From NCBI GenBank assembly GCA_963555995.3, contig OY821641.1:3232001-3296000 (forward strand): a stretch of DNA of 64,000 bases, read 5' to 3'. Source of the DNA: Vicinamibacteria bacterium (GTDB lineage: Bacteria; Acidobacteriota; Vicinamibacteria; Marinacidobacterales; Marinacidobacteraceae). Position numbers and translations under genes: made by a program. This document shows, piece by piece, positions 29,601 to 36,982 of the stretch. The notes beneath the pieces are model-generated. The model was not told where the DNA came from. It was given only the letters and a program-made list of their open reading frames with translations, and did not search any database. Each line of letters starts with the position of its first letter. Within the stretch, counting starts at the first letter, position 1.

Positions 29601-30744
29601 GAACCCGACCCCGGTGGTGGACTGGGACCGGCTGCCGGTCCGGGTGACGGATGCGGCGACGGAATGGCCCGCCCACCCCGATCGGCCCGCGCGGGCGGCG
29701 GTCAGCGCGTTCGGGGTTTCGGGGGCGAACGCGCACGCCGTCGTGGAGGGCTACGGAACTCCGGGCGGGACCCCGGCTGGACGCGGCGTGCCGGTCGCCA
29801 TTTCGAAGGCTGGGGCAGGCGGGGAACTGCTCGTGGCCACGGACGCCCCGGCGGCTCGCGGGACGCGTCTCCTGCCCCTCTCGGCCAAGTCGGACGCGGC
29901 CCTCGGAGCGCTCGCCCGAACCTGTCTGGACTGGCTCGACGAACGCACGGCCGAACTCACCTCCGGGAACGCGGCCGACCCGCTGCTGTCGGACCTGGCG
30001 TGGACCGCCGCGGTGGGCCGAAGTCATTTCGCCTGCCGGGCGGGCGTGGTGTTCCGGGATGCCGCGTCGCTGAGCGAGGCCCTGACCTCGCTCGCCGGGC
30101 CCGACGGGGTCCGGGAAACGGCGCCCGCCGCGCCGGCACCCAGGAAGGTCGCTTTCGCGTATTCCGGAGAGGCCGGCCCCTGGATCCGGGCGACGGAGCC
30201 GCTCTACGCGAGCGAGCCGGTGTTCCGGGCGGTGCTGGAGCGCTGCGACGGGTGGATCCGGGAGGAACGGGGAGCGTCCCTGCTCGAGGCGATGTTCGGC
30301 GGAGACGGTTCGCCGTCGCTCGAATCCCCGGAATGGTCCGGCCCGGCGCTCTACGCGGTGCAGTGCGCACTGACCGCGCTCTGGTCCAGCATCGGCATCG
30401 CGCCGCAGGCGGCGAACGGACAGGACGCCGGCGCGCTCGCCGCCGCGCGGGCGACCGGAGCCCTGGATCTGGAGGAAGGCCTGCGACTGGCGGTCCTTGG
30501 AGAAGCGCCACCCGGCGCCGGAAGCGCGAATCCGGAGCTCTCCGGCGGCAGCGAGATCGTGATCGAGATCGGTCCGGGGACCGCCGGGGGTTTCGCCGCC
30601 GCGGTGGCCGCGGCCTACGAGGCCGGTCTCGAAATCCACTTCGAGGGGCTGTTCGCCGGGGAAACCAGGCGGCGCATCGCACTGCCCGGCTATCCCTTCG
30701 AGCGCCGGCGCTACTGGATCCCAAGCCCCAACGCGCGTGCTTGA
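20674..30744 (+). CDS. SupA-like type I PKS: KS-AT-DH-cMT-ER-KR-ACP-KS-AT(degenerate)
   Basis: KS1 DAACASS/HGTGT/KTNLGH; AT GHSVG + AFHS; DH HRVFERRIAP; MT EVGAGTG; ER HAGAGGVG; KR GGLGGIG; ACP LGMDSL; KS2 LNCAS/HGNG/GH; AT2 GQDAG; RBS AAGGAGG at 20662-20668. Confidence 0.93.
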   Translation: MASDHPARGPAARPRGAGTSSNRGEPVAVIGMACRFPGAPDIPSFWQLLETGGNAVTEGVPGSGVGRVGELLPESAASNTACRFGAFVPDLDLFDNGFFRISPVEAELLDPQQRMMLEVSWQALEDAGIDPDRLKGSRTGVYAGISNDEYRMLVVDGEKPAEAAGCLYALSGTNLNGAAGRVSFVLGVMGPAKAVDAACASSLVSVHDAVADLQAGKADLALAGGVQAILNGRIYELRADSMMLSPDGQCKAFDASANGYVRGEGCGVVVLKRLREAEADGDPIWGVIHGASVNHGGASVGLTVPHEPALVRVMNEALSDAGVAPADVDYIEAHGTGTTVGDPIEINAVAAAYAREREAEHPLLVGSVKTNLGHLESAAGIAGLIKAVLVVNRGVIPKHLHFRDPNPSLDWERLPIRVTAEMMAWPRRNGRPRLAGVNSFGISGTNSHLIVGEYRGAEGQPPPAGRLAASTRPVVVGEALRADGEFRERATRVLPLSGKTPGALQQLAGRYREWLDEAGAGDSAARRLPDVAWTAGVGRSQFDLRAAVVFSGAESLREQLRALADAGDGVEPGARARVAFAYTGQGSQWAGMGEALYGTEPAVRAVLDRCEAAFREARGTSLLDVMFGRGAGDADLGDTAWEQPALYALECALTALWSSVGIRPDVVMGHSVGEIAAAQAAGVFPLETGMRFAAARGTLLSGTAPGAMAAAFASAERVAAAIAAWNATSSELPVNISADNGAHQVVSGPASGIEGVLERLQEDGVRVRRLNTTRAFHSALVEPALPELEAVLHGQEIGSPTVTLVSNLTGRPVGPGEALDGAYWRRHAREPVAFAQGVGALAELGVDLVVEIGPRPVLAPMTMSAWPASAAAQPPAVIASQRAPSADEAAGGHAHFVEAVAEAWEAGLPVRFEGLFTGESRRRIGLPGYPFQRERYWLKTPKRRRQAAGHPLLGVRHESARGEITFETEVFPSDPAWLNDHRVFERRIAPGALSGAMAMAASLSEGGGPVCLEDMQLHNPLVFTEDKAEGETDEGGRKLQVALDPPEAGAPRRVQVFSKGPEGEWTLHLEGRFSPDPGGPETGGRTDLEGLKAGLAPGDVGAYYRARAATGIALGPSFRTLERVWSRPGEALAEVSFPEALGRHELEIHPLVLDGCFQTVGVARLSGGADEATYLPFGWDRVWLTGRLPDRVICHVRMNEASPASEAGSGEPPEVLSGEIRIYDPGGALLGGLDGYAVKRATREALLSAVEGVDELLYEVVWRDRPLPAGISPADFFPSPETVAAGQQLLSEYLTAEGVAPRDRNGLLADLERWSRSRALATLEELGFRREAGATVDPEVLREGLNVLPEHRRLFRRMLEMLAKSGVLAEAGDGFTVTVGAGDPLPEHLPRDLDAFADRMVERYPHGVTEVGLFRRCGSALGQALRGEADPLTLLFSSGDPTPADLYLKAPVARAANKMLRDAVRALLADNPEGRRLRVIEVGAGTGSATTYLLPELPEGQFLYTYTDISAGFFAEAESRFGDAGGCIEYRPLDVEKDPVGQGFERHGYDLIIASNVLHATRSLPETLGHCLDLLAPSGTLVALENLSGLGWMDLTFGQLDGWWRFADDYRPHHALASPAVWRQALGDAGFTGAEVLGVDESDASVTPDKGVIVAQGPAEVKEAPGAWVVTGDGGGLGDAVAAGLAGRNQTVVLANGAAPGGEVPPISGPGVFRVAVEADRRESWQSALAGLPGDLPFGGAVHLASLDGHGTTAATAEVAEDVRMAGAGALALTQAVADADLTPAKGLWFITRGAQVLERETGGEIAGATLWGFGKAVAREAPHLRARMLDLDPAATAPEPDLLNELLYPDEENHIAYRRGTRRVARLVRAGTEGERLTLPEDSEWALAPDPEGVFEKPYVKPLPPPPLEPREVRVGVEAAGLNFWDVFRSLGFIPEGDLGREMCGRVLEVGSEVSRVAVGDPVVGLGFGAFAAAMVTHEELVAPAPAGFSATGLATVPSAFVSAALSFEFTGLAPGERVLIHAGAGGVGLAAVQWVQAAGAEVFATASAPKQAYLRSLGVEHVFDSRRTAFGEEIREATGGEGVDVVLNSLTGEGFIAASLSCLRKGGRFVEMARRDILSEEEMAAVRPDVRYHILELDVLKKTEPETVGRVFRALMARVEAGELKPIVHSRWPLAEAGAALGFMRSGRHLGKIVVTAPPLREARLRENRTYLVTGGLGGIGCAVAEWLADRGAETIVLNGRRAPDPAAEETIRALRERGVTVEVALADVSDSAAVDRMLARLDRELPPLGGIIHSVGVLADAALTNQSWESFETVLRPKILGAWHLHRATLDRDLDLFLLFSSRVGVIGNPGQANHAAANAFLDQLAGHRRAIGLAGQAIAWGAWSEIGEAAEQRGRIERQRAALGGRWFTPEQGIRALDRLVRQDVTHSVVMAMDWGVFEEAVPDRPALVEDLLSSGSEAEEDDAASSEDLLTRLRGPVGRERQDLLVSFLQGEVQAVLRLSSAPSPTVGFFDLGMDSLMAVEFRNRLNRAFSGVYTAPNTVVFDYPDISKLAAHLDEELGEVSEAPAPETEPASTPFAVSVPAPAAPVAAVAAAPPEVAAEADGIAIVGMACRFPGAPDLEAFWRQLEAGVEAVADGRPDGGSWTGIAGDPAGADDGTRRGGFIEGMDRFDARFFGITPIGAWTMDPQHRLLLETSWRALEDAGLDPEKLRDSNTGVYAGVASSEYRDLMLAAGENMSYLGTAASMAVGTVSFRLGLTGPAMAVELNCASALVAVHHAVTALRQGEVDLALAGGVNAILSPGKTSEMVALGMLSPTGRCRAFDAAADGFPRGEGCGMVALKRLAEAEADGDRIWGVIRGSAVNQSGASAGPTVPNGRAQQAVMEAALARAGVAPAEVDYLEAHGNGSVMGDPIEVQAAAAVYGRGRAAGRPLLLGSVKTNVGHLETAAGVAALIKTALAMNRGVIPRHLHFENPTPVVDWDRLPVRVTDAATEWPAHPDRPARAAVSAFGVSGANAHAVVEGYGTPGGTPAGRGVPVAISKAGAGGELLVATDAPAARGTRLLPLSAKSDAALGALARTCLDWLDERTAELTSGNAADPLLSDLAWTAAVGRSHFACRAGVVFRDAASLSEALTSLAGPDGVRETAPAAPAPRKVAFAYSGEAGPWIRATEPLYASEPVFRAVLERCDGWIREERGASLLEAMFGGDGSPSLESPEWSGPALYAVQCALTALWSSIGIAPQAANGQDAGALAAARATGALDLEEGLRLAVLGEAPPGAGSANPELSGGSEIVIEIGPGTAGGFAAAVAAAYEAGLEIHFEGLFAGETRRRIALPGYPFERRRYWIPSPNARA

Positions 30745-30778
30745 CAGCCAGGTCCGCCGAGAGCCGTAATGGCGCCGC

Positions 30779-30945
30779 CGGCTTGGAACGCCGGCTTCAG
30801 CCGGCACCGCGGCCCGCAGGGCCGTGGGCGGTTCGTCGCTACCCGGGGTGCATTGGCGCGCAGCCGCTCCATCCCGCCGAATGAGGCCCGTCTCCGCCGC
30901 CCGCCTTCGGCGGGCTGTGCCGGCTGAAGCCGGCGTTCCAAGCCG
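30779..30945. repeat. REP doublet (REPIN-like, core type beta) between convergent genes
   Basis: Inverted arms cggcttggaacgccggcttcagccggcac; core closely similar to 53669-53834. Confidence 0.93.
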
Positions 30946-30964
30946 TTTCCGCCGTTTTCCGTAG

Positions 30965-31870
30965 TCAGTAGAGGCTCTGGACCCGCACGAAGTCGCGGGT
31001 CGCGGCGGCGCAGGCTTCGGGATTCTCGAGCGGCAGGAAGTGGGTGGTCTCCGGGATGAAGTCGTAGTCCACGGTGAGCACGTGGGTCATGTCGAAGGTC
31101 GGCAGGTAGGAATACGGCAGCGTCGGATCAGCCCCGACCACCTTGGTGGGACAGGGGAGGTTCTCGAAGTCCACGAGCGCCGAGAACGCGCGCGCGTAGT
31201 CAATGATCTGGGCCTCGTACTCCTTGGGGCAGCGAAGCTCGAAGCCCGCTCCGTCCGCGGCCGGGCGCAGGGTCGTCCGGGCCATGAGGTCGAGGACCCC
31301 GGGCGCCACCCGGCTGAACGCGGGGACCACGCTCAGCACGGCGGAGAAATCGGCCTCCGACTTGAACCGGTCGGTGCGCCGCCGGGTCATGGCCGCGGTG
31401 AACTCGGCGGCGGTGTCGAACTGCGCCTGGCTGCGGCCCGGTTTGCACACCGGCGGGTCGAAGAGGACGCGACCGGCGTAACCGCGGCTACCGTCGGAGG
31501 CGAGGAGGCTGGTCAGCGCGGAGAACGAGTGAAAGACACCGACCTTGGGTTTGGGCCCGAAATGGGAATCAATCGCTTCCAGGATCAGGTCGTGATCCTG
31601 GACGAGCGTGGGGAGGCTGTGCGCGCGCTGGGGGCCGACCGTGTTCCAGCCGTGGTTCCGCAGGTCATGGACGAACAGGTCGAAGTCCGCCGCCAGCAAC
31701 GACCAGAACGGAACGTAGAGATCGATCGCGAGGCCGTTCCCGTGGCTGAGGACCAGCCGCGGTCCGTCCGGATTCCCGTGGCGGCGGAGGACGGTTCGGG
31801 TGTCCGCATCCAGTTGCACCTCCAGTAGGGAGGCTGGCTCGGGAACCTCCCAAGCCCTTTCCGAAGTCAT
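30965..31870 (-). CDS. Alpha/beta hydrolase (sup-cluster accessory type)
   Basis: LVLSHGNG, DLRNHG, nucleophile elbow GVFHSFSA, C-terminal TTHFLPLE. Confidence 0.85.
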   Translation of the reverse strand: MTSERAWEVPEPASLLEVQLDADTRTVLRRHGNPDGPRLVLSHGNGLAIDLYVPFWSLLAADFDLFVHDLRNHGWNTVGPQRAHSLPTLVQDHDLILEAIDSHFGPKPKVGVFHSFSALTSLLASDGSRGYAGRVLFDPPVCKPGRSQAQFDTAAEFTAAMTRRRTDRFKSEADFSAVLSVVPAFSRVAPGVLDLMARTTLRPAADGAGFELRCPKEYEAQIIDYARAFSALVDFENLPCPTKVVGADPTLPYSYLPTFDMTHVLTVDYDFIPETTHFLPLENPEACAAATRDFVRVQSLY

Positions 31871-31952
31871 CGGAACGTGCCGGCTCGCGGGGCCGCTGGC
31901 CGCCGGGCCCGGCACGGTGCAGGTCCGGCGCGGCGCCGGAGCTCCGGGCGGA

Positions 31953-32183
31953 TCAGCCGGAGTGCTTGTCCACGAGGGCGGCAATCCCCCGCAGCGTCGT
32001 ACATCCGGCGCAGTCACCGGCTGTCATCGAGAGACCGAAGTCGCTGTTGACCACCTTCATGAACGAAACGGCGTCCACCGAGGAGACTCCGGAGTCGGCG
32101 AATTGCTTGTCCAGATCCGGCACCCGGCCGAGACCGAGATGTTCCTGGGCGAGTTCCGCGAGACGCTGTTCGGTTGCTGTCAT
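31953..32183 (-). CDS. Stand-alone acyl carrier protein (SupB-like)
   Basis: 76 aa; F.DSGVSSVD phosphopantetheine-site motif; TLRGIA; GGAGG RBS. Confidence 0.85.
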   Translation of the reverse strand: MTATEQRLAELAQEHLGLGRVPDLDKQFADSGVSSVDAVSFMKVVNSDFGLSMTAGDCAGCTTLRGIAALVDKHSG

Positions 32184-32240
32184 GAGGGGTCCTCCGGGGG
32201 CGGCGCATTATTCCACAGGCAGCGGGCGCGCGAACCGGGT

Positions 32241-33497
32241 TCACGTGGACATGCCGCGCGCCGCGATCGGCCACACCGCTTCCACCAGCCCGCCGCGGAC
32301 CGCGTACATCCGGTCGTAGAGGTTCACGACCGGGTCACAGTGGGACACGATGAGTTCCAATTTTTCACCGACCCGGTAGATCCGGCTCGGGTCCTCGTAG
32401 CGGATCGTGCCGAACTCGTCGGAGCCCGAGGTGTAGCTCATCCCGCTCTCGCCCTTGACGATCGCCCAGGGCCGGTTGATGGTGCACGCCTTGGCGCCGG
32501 CGTCGGTGGTGGCGCGGCCCTCGTACTGGGCGTTCAGGACCGTTGCGAGGATCGTCAGGGACGGCTGGAAGTCGGTGTACACGTCGGGATCGGTTTCTCC
32601 GCCGATCTCGAGGTACTGGGCGTCCATGAAGACGTAGCTCCCGCACTGGACATCCGTGAACCCGGGGGTCTCGTGGTCGATGTTGTAGCTGCCGGTGCCG
32701 CCGCCGCTGAAGATGCCGGTGTCGAGCCCCGAGGCGCGCATCCGCTCGCCGGTGTCGGCCGCCGCCGCGAGCCGTTCGAGGGTCTGCGCCCGGCGCTTCT
32801 CGAACCCCTTGACGTGCTGCGAGCCGCCGTCGTAGCAGAGGATGCCGCGCAGCGTGAGGCCGGGAAGCCGGTCCACGAGCTGGGCGAGCCGGAGCGCGGG
32901 CTCCCCGGGGGTGATCCCGGTGCGGTGGCCGCCCGGGTCCACGTCCACCGTCACGTCCGCGGTGACCCCGGCTGCCGTCGCCGCTTCCGAGAGGGCGCGC
33001 GCGTTCTCCCCGGTGTCCGTGGTCTGGATGAAGCCGGGACACTGCTTCCGGAGGCCCATCGCGCGCCGGATCTTGAACGGAGTCACGCTGCTGGTGGTCA
33101 GGAGTAGCCGGTCAACGCCGTGATCGAAGAGGGCCTGGGCCTCGCTCACCTTCGCGACCGAGATGCCGAGGGCGCCGGCTTCCATCTGCATCCGGGCGAT
33201 CGCCGGACACTTGTGGGTCTTGGCGTGGGGACGCGGCGCGATTCCGTTCGCGGCGGTGGTCCGGGCCATGGTCGCGATGTTCGCCTCCAGGGCGTCGAGG
33301 TCCACGAGGAGCGCCGGGGTATCGAGGTCCCACATCGAGATCCCGAACTCGGCGACTTCGCGGCCGGCCGCGCGGGCCTCGATCTCGGCGCCGGTCAGGC
33401 CCTTCACCGCCCGGGGCGAGAAGACGGCGGCGGAGGCGCCGGCGGCGCCCAGGAAACTGCGTCGGGAAAGACTCTGTCGGGATAGGGCGTTGATCAT
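32241..33497 (-). CDS. DSD1/D-threonine aldolase-family PLP enzyme with Tat signal
   Basis: LDTPALLVDL, RPHAKTHK (PLP Lys), SGGGTG, HCDPVVNLYD; N-terminal SRRSFLG. Confidence 0.9.
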   Translation of the reverse strand: MINALSRQSLSRRSFLGAAGASAAVFSPRAVKGLTGAEIEARAAGREVAEFGISMWDLDTPALLVDLDALEANIATMARTTAANGIAPRPHAKTHKCPAIARMQMEAGALGISVAKVSEAQALFDHGVDRLLLTTSSVTPFKIRRAMGLRKQCPGFIQTTDTGENARALSEAATAAGVTADVTVDVDPGGHRTGITPGEPALRLAQLVDRLPGLTLRGILCYDGGSQHVKGFEKRRAQTLERLAAAADTGERMRASGLDTGIFSGGGTGSYNIDHETPGFTDVQCGSYVFMDAQYLEIGGETDPDVYTDFQPSLTILATVLNAQYEGRATTDAGAKACTINRPWAIVKGESGMSYTSGSDEFGTIRYEDPSRIYRVGEKLELIVSHCDPVVNLYDRMYAVRGGLVEAVWPIAARGMST

Positions 33498-33664
33498 CCG
33501 GCGTTTGTACCACCCCGCCGGTTGTGCAGGCGACCGGAAACCCCAGGCGCCGCCGGCCTGGAACGCCGGCTTCATGACCAGCGGAGCGCACCGGAGGACA
33601 CGCGCATGGGTGTTGCTGTGAAAATGCAGTGTCGGCGAAACGCTGTCCGTCGGGATCGCGCCGC

Positions 33665-33832
33665 CGGCTGGGAGCGCCGGCTTCAGCCGGCACCGCGAGC
33701 CCAAGGCTCCCGGATGTCGTGCCGCGCTGCGCGGTGATGGACAAAGAGCCGAACGCCGTCGGGCGCGCCAGCGTCGTGCTGTCCGCTGCGCTCCGCGCAG
33801 CGGGTGCCGGCTGAAGCCGGCGTTCCAAGCCG
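33665..33832. repeat. REP doublet (core alpha) in the divergent promoter region; a partial arm also lies near 33555
   Basis: ggctgggagcgccggcttcagccggcac ... gtgccggctgaagccggcgttccaagcc. Confidence 0.92.
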
Positions 33833-33887
33833 TTTCCGCCCCCGGCGGGGTGCACCGGAGGCTACCGGCCGTCGGGCGGCTGGTACC

Positions 33888-35531
33888 ATGGCGGGTCGCA
33901 TGCGAAGCGCCGCCGCAATTGCCGCCATTTCGCTCCTCGCGTCGGCCGGGCCGGCCGTAGCGGACGACGGCATCCCGGTCAAGAGTCCGCTGGTCGAGGC
34001 GGCGTGCGGCAGTTGCCACGCGACCGATGACGCCGGCCGGATGTCGCGGATCTCCTGGCAGCGGAAGTCGGCGGAAGGCTGGCAGATCACCGTCATCCGG
34101 ATGATCCGCACCGGGAACATCTCCCTGTCCGCGGAGGAGGCGCGGGATGTGGTCCGCTACCTGACCGACAACCACGGGCTCGCCCCCGAAGAGGAGCGCC
34201 CGTACTTCTACCTGGCCGAGCAGCGGCCCCACCAGGAGACCTTCGCCGAGGACGAGGCGCTGCTCGCGGAGACCTGCTCGCGCTGCCACCTCACCGCCCG
34301 CTTCCGCACCCAGCGGCGGGCCGCCGAGGAGTGGGACCTGCTGAAGGGGATGCACGTCGGCTACTTCCCCACGATCGAGGGCCAGACCTTCCGCGGGGAA
34401 ACGCCCGAGGACGGCTGGGCGGTGGACCAGGTCCTCGACCAGCTCAAGGAGAAGTACCCCTTCGAAACGCCGGCCTGGCGGTCCTACCGCGCCAAGGGGC
34501 CGGGGCCGGGCATCGCCGGACGCTGGTTCTTCCGGGGCTCCCAGCCGGGAAGCGGCCCGATCGGCGGCATCGTCGAGTTCCGGCCGGATGACGGATCCGA
34601 GGGGAACTACGGCTACGAGGCGAACCTGGTCCACGCCGACGGCGCCGCCGAGCGCCGGCTGGGCGCCGGGGTGCTCTACGGCGGGTTCTCGTTCCGCGGC
34701 AGGGCCCAGGGAGACCGGCTGGAGCAGCGCCGCGCGGCGCTCCTGCTCTCCGACGACGGGCAGACGCTCACCGGCCGGCTGTTCAGCGGGCGTTTCGGCG
34801 AGGACGGCCTGGACGTGACCCTCACCCGCGCCACGGGCGGCGTGCAGATCGCGGCCGCCTGGCCGCCGGCGGGCCGGACGGGCGCTACGGCCACCGGGGT
34901 CCGGATCCTGGGGGCCGGCTTCGGCGAGGACGCCGCCGCCTCGCTCGACTTCGGGGCCGGCGTGACGGTCGAGAACGCCCGGCGGGTTTCCGAGATGGAA
35001 CTGCTGGTGGATCTCCGGATCGCTGAGACGGCCCCCCTCGGCTACCGCGACGTGTCCGCCGGCGGCATCCGCCTCGTGGACGGCTTCGCGGTCCACGACG
35101 GCGTGGACTACATCCGCGTCTCCCCCGAGATGGCGCTTTCCCGGGTCGGCGGGGCGGTGGCGCCGAAGCAGTTCGTCCAGTTCGAGGCGAACGGCTGGCA
35201 CCGGGGCCCCGACGGCGAACCGCTCACCGACGACGACCTGGCGCTCGGGCCGGTCGAGGTCATCTGGACCACCGAGGAGTACTACATCCGGGACGAGGAC
35301 GCGGACACCCGCTTCGTGGGCAACGTTGACGAACGCGGCCTGTTCACCCCCGGGCTCGACGGCCCGAACCCGGAGCGCGAACTGATGGCCGACAACATGG
35401 GCGACGTGTGGGTGGTGGCCGAACACCGGGACCCGGCGAGCGGCGAGACGCTGCGCGACCGCGCCCGCCTCGTGGTGTCTCCCCCCGTCTTCCTCTTCTG
35501 GGACCTGTTCCCGCAGCGCGCCGAACAGTGA
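33888..35531 (+). CDS. qhpA: Quinohemoprotein amine dehydrogenase alpha subunit (di-haem c)
   Basis: Signal peptide; CGSCH and CSRCH; SRISWQRKSAEGW; G.FTPG.DGPNPER....NMGD. Confidence 0.93.
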   Translation: MAGRMRSAAAIAAISLLASAGPAVADDGIPVKSPLVEAACGSCHATDDAGRMSRISWQRKSAEGWQITVIRMIRTGNISLSAEEARDVVRYLTDNHGLAPEEERPYFYLAEQRPHQETFAEDEALLAETCSRCHLTARFRTQRRAAEEWDLLKGMHVGYFPTIEGQTFRGETPEDGWAVDQVLDQLKEKYPFETPAWRSYRAKGPGPGIAGRWFFRGSQPGSGPIGGIVEFRPDDGSEGNYGYEANLVHADGAAERRLGAGVLYGGFSFRGRAQGDRLEQRRAALLLSDDGQTLTGRLFSGRFGEDGLDVTLTRATGGVQIAAAWPPAGRTGATATGVRILGAGFGEDAAASLDFGAGVTVENARRVSEMELLVDLRIAETAPLGYRDVSAGGIRLVDGFAVHDGVDYIRVSPEMALSRVGGAVAPKQFVQFEANGWHRGPDGEPLTDDDLALGPVEVIWTTEEYYIRDEDADTRFVGNVDERGLFTPGLDGPNPERELMADNMGDVWVVAEHRDPASGETLRDRARLVVSPPVFLFWDLFPQRAEQ

Positions 35532-36970
35532 CCCTGCCCGACACCGCCCCGACCCTCGTCGAAGCGACCCAGATGCACCGGTTCGCCGGTGGGGAGCGGC
35601 GTTACGCCTTCCTGGTGCCGTCCTCGATGATCTTCGAGCTGGACGAGGCCAGCGAGCGGGTGCTCGACCGGCTCGCGGCGGGGCCGAAGCCCCCGACGGA
35701 CGTCGTCGAATCGGCCGAGGAAGAGGCCGCGCTTCGCGAGCTGGCCGGAGTGGGGGCCGTCGCCCGCCAGGGCGCGCCGCTCATCCCGATCGGCGGCCTC
35801 CAGGAAGTGGACGGCCCGCCGCCGATCCGGACGGTCGTTCTGAACGTCACGAACTCCTGCAACCTGGCCTGCCGCTACTGCTACGAGTACGGGGACGACC
35901 GGATCGCCGAGGCGGAAGTTCCGCTGGCCATGACCGAGGAGGTCGCGCGCCAGTCGGTGGACCGGCTGATCGCCGACTCCGGGGAGGCGAAGGACCTCCA
36001 GGTCACCTTCTTCGGCGGCGAGACCCTGCTCAACTGGCGGGTGATCCGGCCGACCGTGGAGTACGCCCGGGAGAAAGCGCAGCAAGCCGGCAAGTGGGTG
36101 GACTTCAGCCTCACCACGAACGCCACCCTGCTGACCCGCGAGGTCTCCCAGTGGATCGCGGACAACGGGATCGGGGTCACGATCTCGGTGGACGGCGACA
36201 AGCAGTTCCAGGACTCCATGCGGGTGTACCAGAGCGGCATGGGCAGCTACGACGTCATCGCCCCCCGGATCGCCGAGTTCCTGAAGCTGCAGAAACGGCC
36301 CGTCGGCGCCCGGGTGACGATCACCTCGAAGAACCTCGACGTGCCCCGCATCTTCGAGCACCTCATGGGGCTCGGGTTCTACGAGGTCGGCTTCGCCCCG
36401 GTGACCTCGTCTCCCGACCAGGACTACGCCCTCGGCGAGGACGGATTCGACGAACTGCTCGACCAGTTCCGGGACCTCGCCGACGACTACGTGGAAGCCG
36501 CGACGGAGGGCCGCTATCTCGGCTTCTCCAACCTCAGCGACCTGCTCGGCGAGATCCACGAGGGGGTCAGCAAGGCCTACCCCTGCGGCGCCGGACTGGG
36601 GCTCGTGGGGGTCGCGCCCGGCGGCGAGGTCGGTCTCTGCCACCGGTTCGCCGGGTCCGGCGATCACGATCTCGGCCACGTGGCCACCGGAATCGACGAC
36701 GAGAAGCGGGCCGAGCACCTGCAGAAGGCGCACATTGACGCCCGCACCGACTGCAGCCAGTGCTGGGTCCGCAGCCTCTGCTCCGGCGGCTGCTACCACG
36801 AGGCGCAGGTCCGCTACGGCGACCGCTTCCGCCCCAACCTCCACTACTGCGACTGGATCCGCGACTGGACGGCGCTCGGCCTCTCGGCGTACGGGCGTAT
36901 CCTTGACCGGAACCCCCGTTTCCTGACCCGCTTCGAGGGCATGGTCCGGGTCGAGAGCCCGACCCCCTAG
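35528..36970 (+). CDS. qhpD: Radical SAM/SPASM thioether-forming maturase
   Basis: CNLACRYC; YPCGAG, CHRF, CSQC.....CSGGCYHE; GTGA coupling to qhpA. Confidence 0.93.
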   Translation: MTLPDTAPTLVEATQMHRFAGGERRYAFLVPSSMIFELDEASERVLDRLAAGPKPPTDVVESAEEEAALRELAGVGAVARQGAPLIPIGGLQEVDGPPPIRTVVLNVTNSCNLACRYCYEYGDDRIAEAEVPLAMTEEVARQSVDRLIADSGEAKDLQVTFFGGETLLNWRVIRPTVEYAREKAQQAGKWVDFSLTTNATLLTREVSQWIADNGIGVTISVDGDKQFQDSMRVYQSGMGSYDVIAPRIAEFLKLQKRPVGARVTITSKNLDVPRIFEHLMGLGFYEVGFAPVTSSPDQDYALGEDGFDELLDQFRDLADDYVEAATEGRYLGFSNLSDLLGEIHEGVSKAYPCGAGLGLVGVAPGGEVGLCHRFAGSGDHDLGHVATGIDDEKRAEHLQKAHIDARTDCSQCWVRSLCSGGCYHEAQVRYGDRFRPNLHYCDWIRDWTALGLSAYGRILDRNPRFLTRFEGMVRVESPTP

Positions 36971-36982
36971 GAGGGCCAATCG

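Noticed and set aside
20440-30884. Very long alternative-frame and antisense ORFs over the PKS (2890, 2106 and 1272 aa)
   Set aside because: Arg/Gly/Pro-rich shadow ORFs expected in high-GC coding DNA; no motifs
33498-35426. N-terminal extensions in the ORF track (32241-35426, 13503-16940, 44207-46315, 47775-49427, 50093-52351) read as fusion proteins
   Set aside because: The extensions overlap real genes in other frames; true starts with RBS or signal peptides lie downstream
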